NCBI GenBank assembly: GCA_026193355.1
Contig: JAPHTL010000337.1
Location: 1-37,416 of the forward strand
Direction of reading: 5' to 3'
DNA: 37,416 bases
Source: Rhodospirillales bacterium
GTDB taxonomy: Bacteria > Pseudomonadota > Alphaproteobacteria > Rhodospirillales > JAPHTL01
The translations under genes and the position numbers were made by a program. A model generated the notes under the pieces. It was not told the DNA's origin. It was given only the letters and a program-made list of their open reading frames with translations, and did not search any database. The stretch's first letter is position 1; every line of letters starts with the position of its first letter. Below are positions 30,738-37,416 of the stretch, in pieces.

Positions 30738-31622
30738 GTGACCGCAAAGCACCCCATCATCGCCGTTTCGGGCTCCTCTGGCGCAGGGCGGGGCATCGTC
30801 AGGGATGCCTTTAACAAGATCTTTCAGCGCGAGGGATACCTTGCGGCATGGGTGGACGGCTCCAGTTTCCACAAGTACGACCGTGAGGAAATGAGAGAGG
30901 CTATCGCAACGGCAGCAAAAAACGGCAATCCGAATTTCAGCCACTTTGGCATGGACGCCAACCTGCTCGACGAACTGGCTAATCTGTACAAGACCTACGG
31001 GGAAACGGGCACGGGAAAAAGGCGGTTTTACGTCCACGACGAAGCCAGTGAAGAAGAGTTCGAAGTTCCGCCTGGAAAGTTCACCGAGTGGGAAGAACTG
31101 CCGCCGGACACCGACTGCCTCGTCTACGAGGGGCTTCACGGGTGGGTCAAGGCGGATGGGGTTGATCTGGGACAACACCTGGACCTGCGAATCGGCGTTG
31201 TGCCCATCATCAATCTTGAGTGGATCAAGAAAATTCACCTCGACACAAGAACACGCGGATATTCCCAGGAAGCCGTCGTCGAAATGATCCTTCGACGCAT
31301 GCCCGATTATGTCCATTACGTCGTCCCGCAATTCAGGCGGTCTGACATCAACTTCCAACGGGTGCCCGTCGTCGATACATCATACCCGATGATCGCGCGG
31401 GATATTCCCACCGAAGATGAAAGCGTCGTCGTCATCCGGTTTCGCAAACCGGAAGAACTTGGCGTTGATTTTCCATATCTTTTGAAGAATCTACCTGGTG
31501 CATGGATGTCCCGGCGCAATACGATTGTCGTGCCGGGCGGGTGCCTTCAGATGACCATGCAACTGGTTCTGACGCCAATTATTCAGGACCTGATGGAGAC
31601 GCGAAAACGGTCCCTCGCCTGA
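30738..31622 (+). CDS. Phosphoribulokinase paralogue with divergent active-site residues
   Basis: Full-length and collinear with the upstream PRK; by eye roughly half or more of positions are identical. GTG start at 30738 with AAGGGGA SD, 23 nt after the upstream stop. The P-loop reads GSSGAGRGIV, and EGD is replaced by DGS. Confidence 0.85.
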   Translation: MTAKHPIIAVSGSSGAGRGIVRDAFNKIFQREGYLAAWVDGSSFHKYDREEMREAIATAAKNGNPNFSHFGMDANLLDELANLYKTYGETGTGKRRFYVHDEASEEEFEVPPGKFTEWEELPPDTDCLVYEGLHGWVKADGVDLGQHLDLRIGVVPIINLEWIKKIHLDTRTRGYSQEAVVEMILRRMPDYVHYVVPQFRRSDINFQRVPVVDTSYPMIARDIPTEDESVVVIRFRKPEELGVDFPYLLKNLPGAWMSRRNTIVVPGGCLQMTMQLVLTPIIQDLMETRKRSLA

Positions 31623-31711
31623 CCTCCCAGCCCCTCCAAGAAAAAAAACTTCTCCCAATGCAAAAACAACTGTTGCAGTGGGGGGAATGCGAAGTTATTT
31701 AGACGCCTTCC

Positions 31712-31751
31712 CACCGCGGCACACGGAGCCAAATGCGGTGCGATTTGTTTT
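31712..31751 (+). terminator. Possible weak terminator downstream of the PRK pair
   Basis: CACCGC (31712-31717) pairs with GCGGTG (31735-31740), followed by cgaTTTGTTTT. The stem is short and the loop long (17 nt), so this is tentative. Confidence 0.25.
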
Positions 31752-31937
31752 GAGGTTCCGGCTTTTGCCGGGTGTTTCGGGAGCCAAGCCACAGCTGCCG
31801 GCGTATGTCGATTACCGACAGTCTCGCCGATACAGCACAAAGCAGAACTCCCACCATTCTCCAAACGCGCCGCCAAGGCGGTTTTTGGCTACGGACGGAT
31901 GATTAAGGATCATCCGCTGATAGAGGGGTATCCGCCG

Positions 31938-32450
31938 ATGTCTCTGAATGACACCCTTGCTCATGTGGTGAATGAGTACGACCTCGTCGAGCGCGAGACG
32001 GTCAATACGATTTTGGCCGCCGGCAGCTCTGCAGTCGCAACCGCCGCGTTCAAGGAGCCGCAGGCCGAGGAACGCAAGGACTATTTCGTTGAAAAGGACG
32101 GGGAACGCTTTGCCGGAACCCACCTGATCATTGATCTGATCGGCGCCAAAAATCTCGGCGACATGAAACGCATGGATGCAGCCATGCGTGAATGTGTCGA
32201 GGTCTGCAAGGCGACCCTGTTGCACATCCACCTTCATCACTTCACCCCCAACGGCGGCATTTCCGGCGTTGCGGTGCTGAGCGAATCCCACATTTCCGTT
32301 CATACCTGGCCGGAGCGGGATTATGCCGCATTTGACGTTTTCATGTGTGGCGGCGCCGAGCCCCTGAATGCCATTCCCGTACTTGAAAAGGCGTTCGGTC
32401 CTGTGAAGGTTGTCGTCGATGAAATCCGTCGAGGCAAGGACGCGGCATGA
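31938..32450 (+). CDS. speD: S-adenosylmethionine decarboxylase proenzyme (pyruvoyl, SpeH/class 1 type)
   Basis: Self-cleavage site VLSESHISVHTWPE, plus THLIIDL and FDVFMCG. I prefer the ATG at 31938 (GAGGGG SD) over the ATG at 31899, which sits inside a hairpin. The stop overlaps the speE start (ATGA). Confidence 0.88.
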   Translation: MSLNDTLAHVVNEYDLVERETVNTILAAGSSAVATAAFKEPQAEERKDYFVEKDGERFAGTHLIIDLIGAKNLGDMKRMDAAMRECVEVCKATLLHIHLHHFTPNGGISGVAVLSESHISVHTWPERDYAAFDVFMCGGAEPLNAIPVLEKAFGPVKVVVDEIRRGKDAA

Positions 32451-33298
32451 GCGATCGCTGGATCGAAGAAAAGATCCACGACGGAATCATTACGAGTTAC
32501 CGCGCGGACACCCTTTATTTCGAAACCGGAACCGGCCATCAGCATCTGGCGATCTTCGAGCACGCGAAGTTCGGCAAGATGCTCACCCTGGACGGAATCG
32601 CCCAACTCGCCGAGCGGGATGAGTTCATCTATCACGAAATGATGGCCCATGTGCCGATCCTGGCGCATGGCGCGGCCAAGTCCGTGTTGATCATCGGCGG
32701 CGGCGACGGTGGAATGCTTCGCCGCGTTCTGATGCATCCGGGCGTCGAAAAGGCCACGATGGTGGAAATCGATCCCGCGGTCACCGAAATGTGCCTTGAG
32801 CACTTCCCCGATGTCTCGAACGGCGCCTTCGAAGATCCCAGGACAAACCTTGTCTACGGCGACGGCGCGGCGTTCGTTCACGATTCCGCAGATCGTTTCG
32901 ATGTGATCATCGTTGATTCGACCGACCCCATCGGCCCGGCCGAGGTGCTTTTTACACGCGAGTTCTACACAGATTGCAAGGCGCACCTGAACGAAGGCGG
33001 TGTGCTGGTGATCCAGAGCGGCCTGCCATTCATGCAACCCTGGGAACTGACGGCGACGGCAGAGCATTTTCGGGCGCTTTTCGCCGCGCCATCCGCCTAT
33101 ATCGCGACAATCCCCAGCTATATCGGCGGAAACATGGTGTTCGGATGGGGCAGCGACGACCCGTCACTTCTGGATATCCCTGTCGAGACATTGAGGGAGC
33201 GTTTCAACGCGCTTGATCTGAATACCCGCTATTACACGCCCGAATTCCACAAGGCGGCATTCATCCTTCCGGTCTATCTGCGGGAACTGACCGAATAA
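32447..33298 (+). CDS. speE: Spermidine synthase
   Basis: Contains LDG..Q..ERDEFIYHEMM, IIGGGDGG, VEIDPAV and VDSTDPIGPA. Confidence 0.95.
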   Translation: MSDRWIEEKIHDGIITSYRADTLYFETGTGHQHLAIFEHAKFGKMLTLDGIAQLAERDEFIYHEMMAHVPILAHGAAKSVLIIGGGDGGMLRRVLMHPGVEKATMVEIDPAVTEMCLEHFPDVSNGAFEDPRTNLVYGDGAAFVHDSADRFDVIIVDSTDPIGPAEVLFTREFYTDCKAHLNEGGVLVIQSGLPFMQPWELTATAEHFRALFAAPSAYIATIPSYIGGNMVFGWGSDDPSLLDIPVETLRERFNALDLNTRYYTPEFHKAAFILPVYLRELTE

Positions 33299-33361
33299 CA
33301 GGCCGCAGGCCGTATATTCGCCCCCCCCAAGAAACAATTATTTCGTGAAATTCGACGCCCT

Positions 33362-34300
33362 CTAGACGCGGATGGCGATGTCGTCGTCTTCGGAAAGCGC
33401 CTGGACCACGGCGATATCCATCTCGCCGTCCAGCGCCCGCCTTATCTGATCGCTCGTCAACTTGCGGCGTTTGTAGGCTTCAAGCAGGCGGATTTCGACC
33501 ACGGCTTCCGCCGTCAGTGAGGAAAGAACGGTCTTGCGGATGTAACGCAAAAGTTCGGCATTGGCGCGTCCCTTGACCAGCGCATTGGTCAGCAACTCGC
33601 GCTGAAGAAGCTTTGGAAACCGCATGAGTTCATCAACGACGCCAACCTTGGCCTCAAGCGGAATCTTGGGGTGAATCATGATTCCGTCAAGACAGATGGA
33701 GAAAACGCCGAAATCGATGCGTCCGGCGACATTCCTGGTGAAATCGACAAACTCCTGATGGAACTCGCCCGGTGTCATGCGGCCCTGCGCAATATCGTCC
33801 AGAACGCCAAGGAAGCTTTGCAGCCTGCGGCGCGCCGGGGCGATATAGTTCCCAAGGTCGTTTTCGAGAGTCCTGATTTCGCTTTCGCGAAAACGCCTGA
33901 GCGCCACTTCCCTGGCGCTTTCCCTGACCCGGGACTGTTGCGCATTGTCGATAATGAGCGCGAACAGACGCTCCATCTTCTCATGATCAAGTCCGGTCGA
34001 ATGAAGGGCGGAACGGGCCAGAGGCAGCAAGGCGGTTTCGGCAACGATCGGATCGCGGGAAAAGATCGCGGCGACGGCGGCGGAATCCGCGCTCAGACGC
34101 GCAAGGGGCGTACCGGGGCGGCGGTCACGTATCTGGTCGCTGGTGACGTAGATATCCGTTCCTGGAATCGTCAGGTAGCGGCCAAGACGGACGCAATCGG
34201 CAAAATGGTCATAAAGGGTGATGGTGTGATCAGCAGTATCGGCCAGATCGATGATCCGCCGGTCAGGTCTGTTATTTTCGTGCCGCTCCATTCCGATCAT
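33362..34300 (-). CDS. Hypothetical protein (312 aa), no family recognised
   Basis: Long ORF whose codon usage matches its neighbours. It is predicted mostly helical with an acidic C-terminus. I recognised no motif. The plus-strand ORF at 33671-34357 is its shadow. Confidence 0.6.
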   Translation of the reverse strand: MIGMERHENNRPDRRIIDLADTADHTITLYDHFADCVRLGRYLTIPGTDIYVTSDQIRDRRPGTPLARLSADSAAVAAIFSRDPIVAETALLPLARSALHSTGLDHEKMERLFALIIDNAQQSRVRESAREVALRRFRESEIRTLENDLGNYIAPARRRLQSFLGVLDDIAQGRMTPGEFHQEFVDFTRNVAGRIDFGVFSICLDGIMIHPKIPLEAKVGVVDELMRFPKLLQRELLTNALVKGRANAELLRYIRKTVLSSLTAEAVVEIRLLEAYKRRKLTSDQIRRALDGEMDIAVVQALSEDDDIAIRV

Positions 34301-34306
34301 CGGAAT
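34290..34306. promoter_or_regulatory. 17-bp perfect palindrome spanning the start codon of the hypothetical gene
   Basis: ATTCCGAT-C-ATCGGAAT. The start codon (complement of 34298-34300) lies at the centre of the palindrome. Confidence 0.4.
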
Positions 34307-34543
34307 TCATTCATCCCGCAGCAGTTAGCCAATCAGCAAGCCGATGCTATCAGTTAACATGACACAAAGACGACTCTTTTCGTTGCAAGAAGGCCTTTGC
34401 CTCCTGCTCGCCCCCTTTCTGGCGTTCGCATCTGGAAAGACGTCCCGGATAAGTTGGTTTGGCTTGGCAAGGGGGGCTTTCTTTGGCAAAACAAGGCGCA
34501 GGCGGTGCAAGGGTGCACACGACATCGGATTGGAACAAACACC

Positions 34544-36232
34544 GTGACAGAAGAAACAACGGCTGGCGAAGACAAACCCAACAATTTCATCCGCGACATC
34601 ATCCGCGAAGAAGTCGGGGAAAGCCGCCACGAAACCATTGTCACGCGGTTCCCCCCCGAACCGAACGGCTACCTTCATATCGGTCACGCGAAATCCATCT
34701 GCCTGAATTTCGGGATTGCAAACGAATTCAACGGGCGATGCCACCTTCGCTTCGACGACACCAACCCGGCGAAGGAAGAGATGGAGTTCGTTGAATCGAT
34801 TCAGCAGGACGTGCGCTGGCTTGGTTTCGACTGGGGCAAGAATATTTTCTACGCATCGGATTATTTCGAAAAGCTGTACGCATGGGCCGAACACCTTATC
34901 AGCGCGGGCAAGGCCTATGTTGATGACCTGTCGGCTGACGAGATGCGCGAATACAGGGGCACCCTGACCGAAGCCGGTCGCAACAGCCCCTACCGCGACA
35001 GAACCGTGGAGGAAAACCTTGCGCTGTTCCGTTCCATGCGTGCAGGTGATTTCCCGGACGGCGCAAAAGTTCTTCGCGCAAAGATCGATATGGCGTCGGG
35101 TAACATCAACATGCGCGATCCCGTCCTCTACCGGATCATGCATCGCCACCATCAGAAAACCGGCGACGCCTGGTGCATCTATCCGACCTATGACTTCGCG
35201 CATGGCCAGTCGGATGCCATCGAAGGCATCACACATTCACTTTGCACGCTGGAATTCGAAGATCACAGGCCACTGTACGACTGGCTTGTGAACAACCTTC
35301 CGACCCCATCGAAGCCAAGGCAGATCGAATTTGCGCGCCTCAACCTGACCTATACGGTTCTCTCGAAACGCAAGCTGATCGAGATGGTTGAAGGTGGTCA
35401 TGTCAACGGCTGGAACGATCCGCGTCTTCCTACGTTGAGCGGCATGCGCAGGCGCGGCATCCCGCCCGAGGCCATCCGCGATTTTGCAAGCCGGATCGGC
35501 GTTTCAAGGGCGGCGGCAACGGTTGATATGGCTGTTCTCGACCATTGTACGCGGGAGCATCTGAACAAGGTCGCGGAAAGGCGCATGGCCGTTCTCGATC
35601 CCCTCAAGGTGGTCATCACAAATTACCCCGAAGAGGCGGCGGACGATTTGCTCGAATGCGTCAACAATCCCGGGGATCCGGACGCTGGATCGCGGCTGGT
35701 TTCGTTTTCCCGTACGCTCTACATCGAGCGGGAAGACTTCATGGAAGACGCACCGAAGAAGTTTTTCCGTCTGGCGCCCGGCCGCGAAGTCCGGCTTCGC
35801 TACGCCTACTTCATTACCTGCAACGAAGTCGTCAAGGACGCGGCGGGAGAGGTCGTTGAATTGCGCTGCACCTACGATCCTGCGACCCGGGGCGGCGATG
35901 CGCCGGACGGACGAAAGGTCAAGGGAACGATCCACTGGGTTTCCGCGGAGCACGCCATCAAGGCGGAAGTGCGCCTGTATGACCACCTGTTCGCCGCGGA
36001 AGAACCCGGCGCAAGCGGCAATTATCTCGACGACATCAATCCAGGCTCACTCACCGTTCTCGACAACTGTTTTCTTGAGCCCTCGCTGGCCGATAGCGCC
36101 GAAGGACAGAGCATTCAGTTCGAGCGGCTTGGTTACTTCTGCGCCGATGCCGACGGAAGCGCGGAACGACCTGTCTTCAATCGAACCGTGGGGCTGCGCG
36201 ACAGTTGGGCGAAGGCACAGACCAAAACCTGA
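34544..36232 (+). CDS. glnS: Glutaminyl-tRNA synthetase
   Basis: [11 protein letters not shown]...[18 protein letters not shown] (HIGH motif) and the KMSKS-equivalent VLSKRKL, collinear with E. coli GlnRS. Probable GTG start at 34544. The upstream 49 codons of the track ORF have no counterpart. Confidence 0.93.
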   Translation: MTEETTAGEDKPNNFIRDIIREEVGESRHETIVTRFPPEPNGYLHIGHAKSICLNFGIANEFNGRCHLRFDDTNPAKEEMEFVESIQQDVRWLGFDWGKNIFYASDYFEKLYAWAEHLISAGKAYVDDLSADEMREYRGTLTEAGRNSPYRDRTVEENLALFRSMRAGDFPDGAKVLRAKIDMASGNINMRDPVLYRIMHRHHQKTGDAWCIYPTYDFAHGQSDAIEGITHSLCTLEFEDHRPLYDWLVNNLPTPSKPRQIEFARLNLTYTVLSKRKLIEMVEGGHVNGWNDPRLPTLSGMRRRGIPPEAIRDFASRIGVSRAAATVDMAVLDHCTREHLNKVAERRMAVLDPLKVVITNYPEEAADDLLECVNNPGDPDAGSRLVSFSRTLYIEREDFMEDAPKKFFRLAPGREVRLRYAYFITCNEVVKDAAGEVVELRCTYDPATRGGDAPDGRKVKGTIHWVSAEHAIKAEVRLYDHLFAAEEPGASGNYLDDINPGSLTVLDNCFLEPSLADSAEGQSIQFERLGYFCADADGSAERPVFNRTVGLRDSWAKAQTKT

Positions 36233-36239
36233 TGGCGGA

Positions 36240-37416
36240 TCAGGCCTTGTCGGAGATGATGATCAGGAGGTCCTTGGCGTCCACCTGCGTTCCGGCGGGC
36301 AGAACGATCCGCGTGACGGTGCCGGCGCGGTCCGCATGAATCGCCGTTTCCATTTTCATCGCCTCGATGGTCAGCAGCAGGTCTCCGGGCTTCACGGCTT
36401 GCCCCTCTGAAACGGCGAGGGACGCGATCATGCCGGGCATCGGAGCCGGGACATGGTCCGGATTTCCGTCTTCCGCCTTGGATCGCTTTTCAACCTTGTC
36501 GGCGGTCTTGTGGTTGACGACCCTGACCGTTCGCGGCTGTCCATTCAACTCGTAGAAAACCTTGACGTATCCATCCTCGTCCGGCTCGCCGATAGCCTGA
36601 CAACGGATGATCAGGGTCTTGCCGGCCTCCAGATCGACCATGATCTCGTCACCCGGCGCCATGCCGTAAAAGAAGATCGGCGTCGGAAGCACACAGACCG
36701 GGCCGTGCTCTCTGCGGAAAGATGCGTAATCGGTGAAAACCCTGGGATACATCAGATAGGAATCAAACTCCCGCTCACTGATGTGTCGTTCCGCCTTTTT
36801 CTCCGCTTCCGCCCGAAGCTTTTCGAAATCGGCGTCAGGCAAGGTTGCGCCAGGCCGTCTGGTGAGCGCCGCCTCCCCCTTCAACACCTTCCGCTGCAAT
36901 GCTTCCGGGAAACCACCGGGCGGTTGACCGAGATCGCCGCGGAAAAAGGAAACAACAGAATCCGGAAATGATATTTCCTTGTCGGCATCCATTATATCGG
37001 CCGGTGTATGGCCGGCAGAAACCATCGAAAGCGCCATGTCGCCAACAACCTTCGACGAAGGCGTCACCTTCACAATGTCACCGAACATCTCATTCACGCG
37101 GGCATAGGCCTCGGCCACTTCATGCCAGCGCTCCTGAAGCCCCATCGACCGGGCCTGTTCCTTGAGGTTGGTGAACTGACCGCCCGGCATCTCGTGCAGA
37201 TAGACTTCGGATGCGCCGAAACGAAGATCGCTTTCGAACGCGGTGTACTGTTTTCGGACAAACTCCCAATAATCGGAAAATTTCCTGATCACATCGGGGC
37301 GCAGTCCCGTGTCACGATCGCTCCTGCGCAGGGCCTCGACCAGCGAGCCCAGGTTGGGCTGCGAGGTAAGACCGGAAAAACTGTCCATGGCGGCATCGAA
37401 AACATCGACACCGGAT
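36240..37416 (-). CDS. pyc: Pyruvate carboxylase, C-terminal part (carboxyltransferase end, PT/tetramerization domain and biotinyl domain); N-terminus lies outside the window
   Basis: Contains SGLTSQPNLGSLVEAL and YLHEMPGGQFTNLKEQA, and the biotin attachment site IEAMKMET near the C-terminus. The frame stays open upstream of the track Met to the window edge (SGVDVFDAAMDS). Confidence 0.92.
   Translation of the reverse strand, partial: SGVDVFDAAMDSFSGLTSQPNLGSLVEALRRSDRDTGLRPDVIRKFSDYWEFVRKQYTAFESDLRFGASEVYLHEMPGGQFTNLKEQARSMGLQERWHEVAEAYARVNEMFGDIVKVTPSSKVVGDMALSMVSAGHTPADIMDADKEISFPDSVVSFFRGDLGQPPGGFPEALQRKVLKGEAALTRRPGATLPDADFEKLRAEAEKKAERHISEREFDSYLMYPRVFTDYASFRREHGPVCVLPTPIFFYGMAPGDEIMVDLEAGKTLIIRCQAIGEPDEDGYVKVFYELNGQPRTVRVVNHKTADKVEKRSKAEDGNPDHVPAPMPGMIASLAVSEGQAVKPGDLLLTIEAMKMETAIHADRAGTVTRIVLPAGTQVDAKDLLIIISDKA

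Noticed and set aside
31623-31937. A SAM or polyamine riboswitch upstream of speD.
   Set aside because: I could not recognise the conserved cores of the SAM-II, SAM-V or SAM/SAH classes by eye. Only generic hairpins are present. It is kept as an open question in the findings rather than called as a feature.
34440-34490. Repeated TGGC strings (ttggcttggcaagg...tttggcaaaa) as a possible sigma-54 promoter in the glnS upstream region.
   Set aside because: No GG-N10-GC arrangement with a proper TTGC(A/T) -12 element could be aligned.
34544-36232. The presence of a direct GlnRS as a taxonomic oddity. Many alphaproteobacteria rely on GatCAB transamidation instead.
   Set aside because: The taxon cannot be established from this window alone, and GlnRS is common in other proteobacteria. 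This is not a supportable anomaly without the whole genome.
36233-36239. Convergent glnS and pyc stops only 7 bp apart, and a weak GGCC-gca-GGCC hairpin at about 33303-33313 between speE and the hypothetical gene.
   Set aside because: No convincing terminator structure can be drawn. The tight convergent packing is noted but is not in itself unusual in compact bacterial genomes.

Overview
This 37.4 kb window is moderately GC-rich bacterial chromosome. By gene content it looks proteobacterial, probably alphaproteobacterial, but the taxon cannot be proven from the window. It is densely packed with about 40 protein genes. I found no rRNA, tRNA, CRISPR array, transposase, integrase or phage gene.

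Gene layout from left to right:
- A truncated DUF62 SAM hydroxide adenosyltransferase.
- Glutamate synthase gltBD.
- A lipid/carbonyl cluster: a YncB/PTGR-type ene-reductase, an ACAD10/11-type acyl-CoA dehydrogenase, an SDR, an APH-like kinase and a second SDR.
- A membrane-fused spermidine-synthase-like protein.
- A thiosulfate/sulfide oxidation locus. It holds a periplasmic DsrE-like protein, soxW, a small YjfB-like ORF, and soxV-soxB-soxA-soxZ-soxY-soxX on the minus strand. Across an AT-rich divergent region lie a soxS-like thioredoxin, fccAB and a second soxW. There is no soxCD.
- A DHH phosphoesterase.
- A tightly packed seven-gene minus-strand string: MBL hydrolase, pterin carbinolamine dehydratase, ArsC-like protein, LpxR, UbiX, patatin and an EamA transporter.
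- Two tandem phosphoribulokinase genes.
- speD-speE, an orphan 312-aa protein, glnS, and the 3' part of pyruvate carboxylase.

I found no clear-cut new defence or mobile system. The candidates most worth follow-up are:
1. The tandem PRK pair. The second copy has a substituted P-loop and substituted catalytic and Ru5P-binding positions.
2. The split ACAD10/11-like kinase plus dehydrogenase module, sitting next to a PTGR-like reductase.
3. The low-GC control island inside the sox locus, which has repeated motifs.
4. The long structured intergenic region upstream of PRK.
5. The orphan 312-aa protein, whose start codon sits in a 17-bp palindrome.
6. The membrane-fused spermidine-synthase-like protein that lacks the GGGDG aspartate.

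Many long ORFs in the supplied track are antisense shadows or 5'-over-extended. Starts were re-called by hand where possible.
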